From contig NC_043018.1 of assembly GCF_006345805.1 (NCBI RefSeq), forward strand, positions 3,038,001 through 3,102,000: 64,000 nucleotides of DNA, given 5' to 3'. Origin of the DNA: Octopus sinensis (Eukaryota). Below, piece after piece: positions 40,852 through 53,741 of this stretch. A program made the position numbers and the translations under genes. The notes under the pieces were generated by a model. The model worked only from the letters and a program-made list of their open reading frames with translations, was not told the DNA's origin and did not search any database. Every line of letters starts with the position of its first letter. The first letter of the stretch is position 1.

Positions 40852-41283
40852 GAGTGAGGGAGAGAACAATGCCATCAAAGTGACACTTGGATAAAATATA
40901 CGAATTCCAGTATACCCTTCATCACTACCCGTCTGATAAGGGTACACCAGGCACATGCATCACAACCATATGTGCGCGACATGGTGATTTCATATCAAAA
41001 TAAACAGTACATGAGCTTGCAGGCGGGGCCCAGTTTGAAATTTCTTTCGGTCGAGTAACCCATCCTGCTCAAATGGTTTTTGAACAAGGGTTGTTTAAGG
41101 ATGTTGAACCAAACATCCATGCTTCTAGATGTGAATTATTCAAACCCCAAAGGATTTCTCTCAACACATAGCTATGATGTTCACCCACTAATTCTGTGCG
41201 TGATCACTAAGTTGCATGCTAAACTGGTTAAGGTCAAACAACTGACAAGCAAATCTGTGATAAGGAACAGAATATTTACTCGT
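40852..41283 (-). mobile_element. Family-D (TAA-associated) retroposon copy
   Basis: Reverse complement of ~32885-33339; (TTA)n at 40799-40848 and short TTA repeats at the other end. Confidence 0.85.
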
Positions 41284-41355
41284 ATTATTATTATCATAAC
41301 TATCATATTCGCTTTCTAGATGTAGTTTTGGATCGTATGAATGCATGTATTTTTT

Positions 41356-41455
41356 NNNNNNNNNNNNNNNNNNNNNNNNNNNNNNNNNNNNNNNNNNNNN
41401 NNNNNNNNNNNNNNNNNNNNNNNNNNNNNNNNNNNNNNNNNNNNNNNNNNNNNNN
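41356..41455. other. Assembly gap (100 N)
   Basis: Run of N. Confidence 1.
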
Positions 41456-41718
41456 GCGACTTAGCAGCTATTTCATGTAAGTTCCGTCAAACACACCCGC
41501 TTTATAATATACTTCATTACACTCAATCTATATAATATTAATTACGCGTGCGTACATGTAGGTATGAGTATGTATATATATATGAATTAATCAATATTAA
41601 TCAAGATTGATCAGCCGAAATTGCGAGGATGATCCGGTTCTTGACTGAGGTTGTATCGTCTATTTGAATGTTTAGCGTTCTTGTACCATTTTGTATTTTT
41701 ATATATATATTTTTATAC

Positions 41719-41750
<32 letters not shown>

Positions 41751-42293
41751 TCATACGATATGAAAATTTATTTTATGCTAATGCACTCTGGAGTTTTGGA
41801 ATTTTTTATACTTATTATTAACAAATTTTATATCACTGTTTAAAATTCGAAACCTAAAAATTTGAAATGCTTTTATAACTACGAATATCTGATAAAGGAA
41901 ACGTGATTACCGAAGGTGAAAAGATGTATCTACATTTTCGCACATTCCCTGAAACGGCCGTAAGATGTTTTCCGTTTAATTTCATTTATTCGAGGACTTT
42001 CTTTTAAATCAGTGTCATTCTAGCCGCTCGTGATTTTAAAATTTAATTGTATATCTGTATGTGTGTATGCACGCTGTCATCCAAAATTTATTTCAAATGG
42101 GATTGTATGAAGAAATATATATGTCACAATAAATATATATGTATATATATAGTTCAATTCGGTTTGAATCGTGTTAGTTTTGACCGGAGTAACTTGTTAC
42201 CTGAATCTGTCCTCCTTCATTGAATTTATATATATATATTATATATATATATAATATATATATATATATAATATATATATATATATATTATAT

Positions 42294-42510
42294 AACGGGA
42301 AGGTTTACGAAAATAACAAAAGACGAAGGCCGGTGGAGTACAGACAAAAAATGTATTAGTATGGGCTCAGGAGTAGAAATAGAACAAGTCTTTTATGTTT
42401 CGCGCCTACGCTCTTCAACAGAAAGATACACAGAAAAAAACAAGGAGAGAAACAAGGAGAGAAAACAGGGAGAGAAAAATGCGTGTAGGAGCTAACGATC
42501 TATCATGTCG
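42294..42510 (-). mobile_element. ~200-bp dispersed repeat with hammerhead-like motif (42389-42426), embedded in (TA)n; possibly derived from a Penelope-like element
   Basis: Homologous to 46417-46607 and 8520-8650; minus strand TCTTT-CTGTTGA-A-GAGC-GTAG-GCGC-GAAA-CA-TA-AAAGA; TA runs on both sides. Confidence 0.65.
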
Positions 42511-42527
42511 ATATATATATATATATA

Positions 42528-42589
<62 letters not shown>

Positions 42590-42651
42590 ATTATGATGGA
42601 TTAAATTGTCGTGAACGAGAAATGAGGGTTCAATTAGATAAAGCGTTATAA

Positions 42652-43250
42652 TCATGTTCTATGCACATGGATGTGTCTGTTCAGGCCTGCTGATACCTTG
42701 CAGACCTTTTTCAAATGGAACAAGTTGAGGACTGAGTTTGCTTGAGTGCTTGTGGATCATTTACTGTGGGTTTTCTTGAGTGGGTGCAATGGTTGCTTTG
42801 TTTAGTGCCACAAATCCACAGTGACAGGTAAGGTTCCCATTCAGAAGGGCAAGGTTTTCCCAGCGTGTCTTCATGCTTGCATAAAGTTGGTCTCGATGTT
42901 GCAGTCAACTTTACTCAGATCTTTGAACTGAGGAGAATTAAGACTGGCTCCAAGTCCTGCGTTCTGATGCTTTGTTTTCTCGGGAAGGAAACGGAATAGT
43001 GCATCACTTCAGACTGTCTTTTAAGTTGTCTTTGAAGTAATATCATCGCCAAGCAGCGTTTAGGCATATCGGAACTTTAGATTACTTTGAACGTGTTTGT
43101 GACATTTGACCTGCTAAAGGCAAATTCATTGCAATTACCGTTACCATGGAGAATTACGTTCTTTCAAATGGTAAACAGAAGGATGTAAAATCATCATATC
43201 TTTCCAGTACCGCCACCCATCAGATTCCCAGACATCGAGCGTTCTAGCTT
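42652..43250 (-). mobile_element. RTE-clade LINE 3' relic
   Basis: DMPKRCL, YFKDNLKDSLK*CTI, ASERRTW, LTCHCGF and a terminal TCSI*..KVCKVSAGLNRHIHVHRT* C2H2-like finger. Confidence 0.7.
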
Positions 43251-43511
43251 CCTAAGCGTTATCAATGCGAAATACTGAAGAGATAAGTTTGAGAAGAAGC
43301 TATAAGCAATGATGTCTCTGAATCTGCCAGGTGGCAGCACTGAACAGATGCTTCTTTTTTTTTTTACACCTTCGCTATCTAAAGAAAATTTTTTCGGCAC
43401 GTTAATTGTAGTGAATTGGCTTTTAAAAGTTCGTATGTGTCACAGGCATATTTTAACTATACATACTATATATTATAGATATATGTATGGATATTATATA
43501 TATATATATAT

Positions 43512-43552
<41 letters not shown>

Positions 43553-44045
43553 GTATGTATGGTAGTATGTATGTATGTATGTATGTAGTATGTATTGTAT
43601 GTATGTATATATGTGTTGTAGAAAGAAGACAAAAACGACTTAAATACATCTTCAGTGATCAATTACAGTAGTGCTTTGCCGAGTCTGATTTCAACGATAT
43701 ATCACGCAAAAGTTCAAAGTGAAAATTTTCGTAATAGTTGCGGTTTTTAAACACAGGATTGACACATCTCCAGACCTGCATCAAAGGTTCACTCTTGCAT
43801 TGTGCGACTGCCAGACTGAGTTATTATCATTTTTGTTTTTTTGCTTATATAGGGAGGAAACAGAAAATAAATAAAATAAATATATAAATAAATAAACAAA
43901 TAACACGAATGAGTGAAGAAGAAAGAGATGCAAAAGAAGAAAAAGAGGACAAGAACATATTGATATCCAAGAAAAAGGAGAAAGGAAGAAGATAAATATG
44001 TAGATACGTATATACATACGTAGATTTATGCAATGTTTATTCATA

Positions 44046-44088
<43 letters not shown>

Positions 44089-44184
44089 TTATATATATAT
44101 ACAATATATATATATTACATGTGTGTGTGTGTGTGTGTGTGCTGCTGGAGGCTAAGCACTAAAAGACCTGTTGGTTATGAATGA

Positions 44185-44777
44185 AGTGCATTTGATTATG
44201 TGTTTCCATCTTCGGCATGAATGCCACCTTCCACCACCACCACCACCACCCCACCACCCACCCTCACCACCACCACCACCCCCCACCACCCACCATCACC
44301 ACAACCCTGCCAATACTCTACTCCTACCTGCACCTACTCCTACTCCTGCACCTACTCCTACTCCTCATTATCATCATCATCTTCATCATCATTCACATCA
44401 TCGTAGCCAACATCGAATATCAATGATTGGTAACGTAATCTAGGCATGACAAATTCTTACTCTTTTTCATTTCTCCTACGCTTCTTCTGTCTCCTCCATG
44501 CAGCCACCTCCTCATCCCACCTCCCGTCCCTCCTCCCCCTCCTCCTCCTCCACCTCTCTTCTCCATCCTCTTAATTATCCCTTTTACCACCATGACCACT
44601 GCCAGCCTCTCCATCGCCATGATCATAGACATCATCGTAAAACATCTCCTCCACCTCCTTCTACTCATCATCTTCATCCTGCTCCCACTCCTACTCCTCA
44701 TTATCATCATCGTCAGCAGCAGCTGTAGCATTTTCATCGTCATCATCATCATCATCACCATCATCATCACCACCACC

Positions 44778-44862
<85 letters not shown>

Positions 44863-45086
44863 CCGTCATCATCATCATCATCATCATCATTATCATCATC
44901 ATCATCATCGCCGTCATCATCGTCAACTCGCAGTCGTCGTCGTCATCCTCATCATTATCATCGTCATCATAACCGTCATCATGTTTATTATCACCTGAAA
45001 AAAGCACGAACCCCTGCTCCACCCTCAACATCGAGATCAATCTATAATACCACCAACTCCACTACCACCACCATCATCACCATCAT

Positions 45087-45127
<41 letters not shown>

Positions 45128-45150
45128 GCGGCAGCAGCAGCAGCAGCAAC
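44185..45150. repeat. Compound (CAC/CAT/CTC/CAG)n low-complexity region
   Basis: Direct reading. Confidence 0.92.
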
Positions 45151-46084
45151 AGTAGCTACAATCGCATCATCGCCCCACACCAACCATCACCTTCCTCGTG
45201 AATACGACAATACGAAAGATGAGGACGACAACAACATGGACGAAAAGGTGAGTTAAGGCTATAGAGAGTGAAACGGAAACGCTGTATTATTCCATTTACC
45301 AAAAATCCAGAAACATGATTGAGCTTTGAAATGTTATTTACCCTGCGGGATCCGATGTTCCATTGTCTTCTGTTTTGTGATGCTGTCAGGTAGCGTATAT
45401 CTGACATGCTTCTCTCCCCTTGCCTCGCTTCCGTTCATCTCCCGCTGTGTTATTATTATCTTCCTATTCCCTCCAAATTTTTTCTGCTGTCTCTCGGCAA
45501 GCTTAATACCAGCCATTTTGGTGTAAAGAGTTCAGTGATGTATATAGGTATTCTACGCATATATTACTGTTCGCGAGTGCAGGCGCCCGTGTGTCTGTGT
45601 GAGTAAATGTTTGAATTTGTGAATGTGTGTATGTATCAGGTGAGTTATGCGTAAGTGTTTCTCTGTTTGTTATAAAATACTGCAATATCTCAATGTGAAT
45701 TCGTGTGTCTGTAAGATAAAGCGAGAGAGGAAGCGTTAACGCGAGAGTGAGCTGTATTAGAAAGAGGTAATGCACACAGTGTAATATATGCGTCTATGTG
45801 TATGTAAGTGCAGATAGAACTTATCTGTGCGTGCTTTCTGCGCGCGCGTGTGGTTACATTTCTGTATAGGTATGTGTTTGTGGATGAAAGATCCCATAGG
45901 CACATGTGTCTATGTATATATAAACATCCTCGCGCGCATGTCTATCTCTCTCTCTCTCTCTCTTTATCTATCAATCTATATATCTATCGATCTATCTATC
46001 TATCAATCTATCTATTTATCAATCTATCTATCTATCTCTCTATCTATCAATCTATCTATCTATCTCTCTATCTGTCTATCTAAA

Positions 46085-46160
<76 letters not shown>

Positions 46161-46416
46161 CATGAACCCACAAGTGTAAACAAGAGAGATAGAGACAGGC
46201 AGAAACAAGGCAAATGTCCCTTGTATGCAAATATACTATGCAAATATATTTTTAAAACACTTTTCATTTATTTTTTCCAAAATTTAATTGTTTTCCATAC
46301 TTACAGTTGAGAAGGTCTCAATGACTGAAACCGGTACTAAAATGTTTTTTTTTTATGATAAAATTATTTTAGCGTTCTCTACCTTGACATTTTTAATTTT
46401 ATATATATATATCTTG

Positions 46417-46607
46417 AAATTTTACGATAAAAATAAAAGACGAAGACAGGTGGTGTACAAAACAAACATATGTATTAGTATAACGCTCAGGAATAGAAAA
46501 AAGTATTTTACGTTTCGAGCCTACGCTCTTCTACAGAAAGGTACACAGAAAAAACATGGAGAGAAACAAGGAGAGAAAAAATGTGTGTAGTGGCTAACGA
46601 TCTATCA
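46417..46607 (-). mobile_element. ~190-bp dispersed repeat with hammerhead-like motif (46506-46539)
   Basis: Minus strand TTT-CTGTAGA-A-GAGC-GTAG-GCTC-GAAA-CG-TA-AAA; homologous to 42294-42510. Confidence 0.65.
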
Positions 46608-47047
46608 TTAAGAGTGTTTAAAGATGTTATGCACAAAGAGAGGGCACCCGACAGGACTTTTTACATGTTACAAAAATATAATTCTAAAGGTACGCCGATA
46701 AAGGCGCAAGAATGTAAGGGATTATTATCTTTAGTTAATCCCATTCTCCAATTTCCTATTAATGTGCAAAGAAATTAATTTATCCCCCGTAGTTCTTCAG
46801 TTGAATCCCTAAAACAACGCATAATTCTGTAGCTTAATAGATGCCGAAAAAGCATCAGCGAGCTGCATCCTTATACATAATGGATGCAAATCAAACCCGT
46901 AAGGGCTTTCACAGAGCCAGCAGTCAACAATGAATTATAAATTGCGTGTAAATCATAAGGGGGAAAAAAGAAACTTAGAATAATTTATTACCAGTGGTTT
47001 GCATGCGTGATAAAAGTCATAAGACAACAGATTTTCATAGATAAGAG

Positions 47048-47081
<34 letters not shown>

Positions 47082-47604
47082 ATAATATATATATATAATA
47101 ATTATAATTAAGGGTTAAATGCAACAAGTTGCTCAAAACCACATACCGAAAATATTAGAAATAGCAGCCAAAATTGATCACTATTTCCTCTACTAGTAAA
47201 AAGTCTCCACAAACAAACAGAATTTGTAAGCTGTATATGGCAAAAAAGGCAGAAAATAACGAAATCCCAGCCTATGGATTAATTATAGACGACTCGTTTC
47301 TGGATTAGAACCGAAGGTTCATTTCCTTGTCAATATAATATTTCCTATAGATCTAGAAATGCTAGGGAAAAAACTTACCCGTTACACCAATACGACCAGC
47401 GACATCGGACGGTCTAACGGAACTGCTAGCATTCCTACACCTATGCCGACATGCGAATTCATATTTCCCTCCAAAATTTACCACGTGAGCTACAAAAACA
47501 TTACCAACGAAACGAAAAATTCGCAGATAACTTGTAAGGGAGCAAAAGTATTCAATATGCAATAAAGGGTGAATATATATATATATAATATATATATATA
47601 ATAT

Positions 47605-47635
<31 letters not shown>

Positions 47636-48373
47636 ATATATTTATATATGTACATACATAGGGGAAAAGGTATGAGGGGTTAGTTCAGTGATAATATAAA
47701 TGAATAAATACGTTGTGAAAGTGCTATAATTGGTCATCCGTTATGTTCCAAGTTCACACCTGAGGTTGGAGCTAGGGATTCGCAATAGGCTTTCACGTTA
47801 GCAGATATGTTCCCTTACTCTTGTTTAAAGCCTAAACAATCTCATATAAATTCCTATCATTCTGTCCTATAATCAAATGTATTATCTTTGGACACATGTC
47901 AATTTAAGCCATAACCTAGATAGAAACATTACGTGCACGTCTTTTCAAAGACATTCTGGTGCCTGTTCACGTATTTTTCAAAACTAAATTAGAAACTTGC
48001 ACGATATCATAGAGACTCTTTTCTTGACTATTTGAAACAAGTTTTTGGTTCTTCATTTTATATACCTATGGAACTCATGGTTTATGTTCAAACAGACTTT
48101 TACACACGAAAACAAATGTAACAGTCGGCAGAGAAGCTATATATATATATATATATATATAAATTTACGAAGGCAACGTTGGATTCGTCTAGAATCTTAG
48201 TTGGTATTCAGTGTACAAAGGGGATATTTTTAAAGACTACAAAATAGACTACAGGTGCCAGCAGCGAAATACACTTTGTTGTAGCCAGGAATGAGACCAC
48301 ACATATTGATATATGCATATTTACATATCTAACTAAATCTGTATCCCTCTCTCTCTCTCTCTCTCTCTTTCTA

Positions 48374-48404
<31 letters not shown>

Positions 48405-48629
48405 AATTTATATATATATAATATATATATACACGCATAAACATACACACAACGTACACATATGTAGGTAAAGACTTAGATAGATACATAGACAGACATA
48501 TATATATATAAACTTCTTTTTTACAAATATATACCCACTCGTATACGATCCACTCTTATTATAAATATATATATATACATAGAGAGAGAGAGAGAGAGAT
48601 AGATAGATAGATAGATAGATAGATTAGAG

Positions 48630-48704
<75 letters not shown>

Positions 48705-49407
48705 CAGCCAAATAGTCAGGGAGACAGTTAACTGTGTGACAAGTAATGAAACAAATTATCAGCGTGTTTTCCGCCCTATTAACTTGTCCGTCTGTCCAGT
48801 CTGATATATTGATCTCCAAATCTAATTGTCGCAGATCTTCTACCCTTTACAAATATATTAATACAAATTTATTTTGTTATATTTATCTAAGAACTTCTCC
48901 AGTGTTTGAGCGTAATGATATTGAAAAAAAAAGTACTGTAATTCATTCAAGTACAACTTCGCCCAAGAACACAAGACGGGTACTCCATGGATCATTTTTG
49001 ACATTAGGCTAAACTTCAATAATAAGAAACACAAACTCTTCCGGGCCACATTTTGCCTCTCTTATTGTTTCTCATCATCCAAAATTTTGCGTTCGATACT
49101 TTACTTTTCCTCACCTCATACTCTATCTCTTTCAAATACTGGCCCTGCTCACCTCTGTCCCTACATTTATAATAGAGAGCAAACACTGCATGTTTATGGG
49201 GCCAATTAATCAGATGGGTTCGCATCTAAATAAAACTCTGCGCACTGTTATATTAGTTGCAAGTACAAACACATTGTTTAGTGGATTTCTATATTTCAGC
49301 TGCACCTACTTCCCCAAATTGAATTGTTAGAGCTGAAGCTTACAAACGTTTCCAGAAATGAATAAGAACTGCAACTGACGAGCCTGGGTATAATTCATCG
49401 CAATGAT

Positions 49408-49746
49408 TTTGGAGCACTTTGGAGCACTCCGTCGGTTACGACGACGAGGGTCCCAGCTGATACGATCAACGGAACAGCTTGCTCGTAGAATTAACGCGCA
49501 AGTGACTGAGCAATCCACAGATACGTGTACCCTTAACGTAGTTCTCAGGGAGATTCAGCGTGACACAGAGTGTGACAAGGCCGGCCCTTTGGAATACAGG
49601 TACAACTCATTTTTGCCAGCTGAGTGGACTGGAGCAACGTGAAATAAAGTGTCTTGCTCAAGGACACAACGCATCGCCAGGAATCGAACTCACGACCTTA
49701 CAATCGTCAGCCGAATGCCCTAACCACTAAGCCATGTGCCTTCACT
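49408..49746 (-). mobile_element. tRNA-derived SINE (family B, variant 2, CORE-like body)
   Basis: Minus strand A-box TGGCTTAGTGG, B-box GAGTTCGATTCC, GTGTCCTTGAGCAAGACACTT; tail (GTGCTCCAAA)2; 11-bp TSD ATCGCAATGAT at 49397-49407 and 49747-49757. Confidence 0.92.
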
Positions 49747-50847
49747 ATCGCAATGATAATACGTATATAAATAAATAGATAAATCTTATCACATGCGACC
49801 ATTAACACTTTCAGAAATACAATCTAGTTGTCCGAGACTTGGTTAGAAGGTGCTGGGGCATATGTTTTGTGCACATTCACTCCGTTTAAGGGTTTATAAA
49901 TATTTGAACATTGATCAGTGGGATTCTATTATATAGTTTGAATTTACTTTGGTGTTGACGTTTAACAAAACTTTTGTCACTGTGTTATTTAATATATTCG
50001 GTTTATATTTTGAGATGCGATATTTCTCTGCACTGCAAAGTTGGCATTATTTTCACGTGCTTATAAAAGCAGTGGTGTGTTTGCTGGCGGTTCGACATTG
50101 CTGTATTTCACGCATGTAAGTTATGGGTCACCAAGGCCGTGATGATTATTTTTGCTGCTCTATTCTGAAGCAAAATGTGTGGTTAAGTAAACCGCTCTTG
50201 AATCTACTGTCGCCGATACAGAAAGAGATTTCCTAAATTTTTTAAACATGTTGTGTGACTTTGCCGTTATCGAAAATTAACTTCTCGAAGTATGAACCAA
50301 AAAAATAGTTTTTCCGTAGTTTTCCCATGTCTTTAGGTTTGACAGTTTCGGCATTATTTGACGTTATTTTCATCAGTATTCTTTGTGAAGCTATAACTAA
50401 CTTTGGGATGAAAGTGTCAGATTCATAACTTTCTGAGAATCATCTCCCATTTAAAAATAAAAAGTTATTATCATTAGGAATAACATTATTGTTACTGTTT
50501 TCGTTTTGTTCCGTATCATTTTTAAAGAGGCATCTTTTATCAAATGCGTTTCAACCCTGACCATCCGACATTAATCAATTTAAGGTATTCCAACTTCACA
50601 TAACTCAAGATTGTTCCCATTTACCCAAATAGGTCTTCATCTTGAGATGTGAGATATTCTCTACACATCGGAAATAATATGAAATTAAAGGGTTGTTTTA
50701 GCCTCACTCCTTCTAGAAGAAGGGACAGTACCTACATGTTTCGCAGTGTCTACACATCTACTGACACTGCTAACCTTAACGCTCTTCTTAAACTCTTGCA
50801 AGTTGAAATCTGCAAGAGAGACATGAGGAAGGAAAGAGGTTCTAGAC

Positions 50848-53741
50848 CAGGGTTGGGCAAACTACGGCCCACCATAGGTTTTCATGCGGCCCGCCGAGAG
50901 CTTTTATGAATCGCAACTTCTATGCAGACACTTCGTAACTGTTTCAGTTGTACGGTAATTCACAATAGTTTGCATTTTATTTCAGTTCACTGTTTCGCGC
51001 CTTCACAAAATTGTCCGCTGTTTGTTTGTTTCAGCTACTGTGAAGCGATGAAAAATTTCGAGAAATATTCCCATGACATCATAATAAAACACATTTCCGG
51101 GTGAAGATATCTTTTCTGTGTTTTCTCGTCAGACCCTACAAACACAAAAATTAATAGAACAATGAAACAAGTATTGTGGCAATACAACGAGTCAATCGAT
51201 ATGCTTGAAACATTCAAATAAATAAATCACGTGATAGATGGTGAAGAGGGCATGATAGACGATGCGTTTCGTTTCAATGAAGAAGCCGGCCAGGTTAATA
51301 AAAGGGCTTGAACCAGCTTTTTCTGGACACAGAGCTGTGGTTGGTTATCATTCACTCTATCGATTATTTGACACGAGTGTTTCAAACTAGCTTTTGTTGT
51401 CTGATAAAATTTACCCAAAATGAGTTGTTCGAAGCTATCTAAAAAGCGAAAACTTGAAGATGAATGTCGTGTTTTTAATGAAAATTGGACTGAAAAGTAT
51501 TTCTTACCGACGTTGGAGTGAAAGCTGCATGTTTGATTTGTTCTGAAACAGTTGCTGTGTTCAAGGAATATAATTTGAAACGCCACTTTCAAACGAAGAG
51601 CACGCCAATTTTGGACACAATTTATCAAAACAAGAACTGCAAAAGAAAGCAAATGATCTGACAAAACGTTTGAAACAACAGCAAAATGTGTTTGATAAAA
51701 CTTCCTCTTTACAAAAGAACGCGACAAAGGCAAGTTTTATATTGGCCAACAAAATTGCAAAGCAAAACAAGTCATTCGCAGAAGCAGAATTTATCAAAGA
51801 TTGTATGGTGATGCTGTCAGCGTTGTGTGTCTGAAGTTAAGTCAAAAGTAGAAGCCATTTCCCTGTCACGAAGAACTATTGTTCGTCGCATTGATGCAAT
51901 TGCCGGTGAATATTCATGAACAGCTGTTAACAGCCAGTGGTCGATTTCAGTGGTTTTCTATTGCTTTAGATTAGAGTACTGATATTCAGGATACTGCTCA
52001 GTTACTCATTTACATCAGAGGAATTGACGAAAACTTTGAAATTACAGAGAAATTGTTATCTATGGAGTCTCTCAAGGACACTACTACTGGAAAAGATTTG
52101 TTCAACAGTGTCATTAACACTTCAATCAGGTCTAGATTAACCCTAAATAAACTGGCCAGAATTACAACCGATGGAGCTCCTTCACTCACCGGTAAACATT
52201 CCGGCCTTGTGAAGTTGTTGAATGACAAAATCAAAGAAGGTTTCCACTACACAGTGTGTTGTCTTTTCACTGCATCATACATCAAGAAATCCTTTGTAAG
52301 TCATCTTTAAAGCTCAAACATGTCATCGAACCTGTGGTGCGTGCAGTGAATTTAATAAGATCACGGGGATTGAAACACAGGCAATTCCGAAGTTTCTTGG
52401 AGGATGTGGAGGCTGATTTTACTGATGTGCTGTACTACACAAATGTCCGCTGGTTAAGCATTGGAAAAGTTCTTAAGAGAGTATGGGACCTCAAAGCAGA
52501 GATTCTTATGTTTCTCAAAATGCAAGACATCTCCTGTGACTTTTTAAACGAAATGGAGAGTGACGAATGGGTTTGTGATTTTGCATTTGCTGTGGACATA
52601 ATGCAGAAGCTGAATGAACTTAACACAAAACTGCAAGGCAAAGGTATATTTGCTCATGAATTGTACCTGGAAGTGAAAGGTTTTCAATGGAAGCTTGGAC
52701 TTTTTGCCAAGCAGCTGAATGAGCAAACATTTATTCACTTCCCTCTGCTGAAAACACAGTCTGTTACACAAGAATCATCGGACAAGTACAGTTCCCAGTT
52801 GATGGCTTTACAAAAGGAATTCATTAGAAGATTTGCTGATTTCAAGGCAGTTGAAGGCCTGTTCGATTTGCTTAACTCACCTCTTGCCTGTGACATTGAA
52901 ACAACTACCGAGGAACTGCAGATAGAACTGATTCATTTGCAAGCCGACAATTCTTTAAATATGATGTTTGAAAGTAAACCACTGTTCGAGTTTTATGCTT
53001 CTCTACATTCAAAAATGTTTCAAAATCTAAAAAAAAGTGCAAGAAACGTGTTTTTGTTGTTTGCATCAACTTACATATGTGAGCAGACTTTCTCCATCAT
53101 GAAAATTAACAAGGGGAAGAATCGATCACTTCTCACAGACTCAAATCTTCAGTCAGTGTTAAGAATCAGCACAAGCAATTTGACACCTAATTTTGACAAA
53201 CTGGTAAATGACAGTAGTCAGCTGCATCATTCTCATTGACATTGTTAATTACAGAGCCGCTTTGTTTTTCAAATAAATGCTTCAGGTGACGTTTCTAATT
53301 TCAGATATCAATTCATATTAACAAACTGTTAATTCTCTTTAAAATCTTTTATTTTGGGTATCCTAGAATTTAAGTATAATATTCATCATGGTTGTCCATA
53401 ATATTAAGAGGTGGTTGTCCACAAGTAGTGCAGATTTTACTAGGAAAATTCCGTTCCTGGCAATTTGTAAGCAATAACAGGCTGACCAAAATAACCGAGG
53501 TTCCTGTAATAATTTCAACTATAGGAGCAAATAACCGAAAAACATGAACCCGATACTCTAAAAAATAAATCAAATCACTTAAACCAGGAATATTTCACAA
53601 AATTTCCTTTCAAACGATTGTGTGTTTATAGGTCTATAACCGCCTTTAAAAATATTTTCACTTGATTTTTATAAATGGGGCCCGCCAAGGTTCCAAAGTC
53701 GCACTGTGCGGTCCGCGATCAAAAAAGTTCGCCCACCCCTG
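50848..53741 (+). mobile_element. Full-length hAT DNA transposon (Charlie/Buster/SPIN group), inactive
   Basis: TIRs CAGGGTTGGGCAAACT and AGTTCGCCCACCCCTG (14/16 match); perfect 8-bp TSD TTCTAGAC at 50840-50847 and 53742-53749; subterminal CGGCCC-like motifs; 2894 bp. Confidence 0.97.
51420..53239 (+). pseudogene. hAT transposase pseudogene (GTF2IRD2/SPIN-like)
   Basis: MSCSKLSKKRK..RVFNENW, BED finger CLIC..NLKRHF, FSIALD*STD (stop in DESTD), ITTDGAPS, HCIIHQE, VRWLS, STYICEQTFS. Frameshifts in the 5' half; the last 327 codons are open. Confidence 0.95.

Noticed and set aside
52256-53239. 327-aa ORF as a domesticated GTF2IRD2/ZBED-like host gene
   Set aside because: It lies inside intact TIRs and TSD, has a non-ATG start, and the upstream transposase region has frameshifts and a stop in the first catalytic motif.
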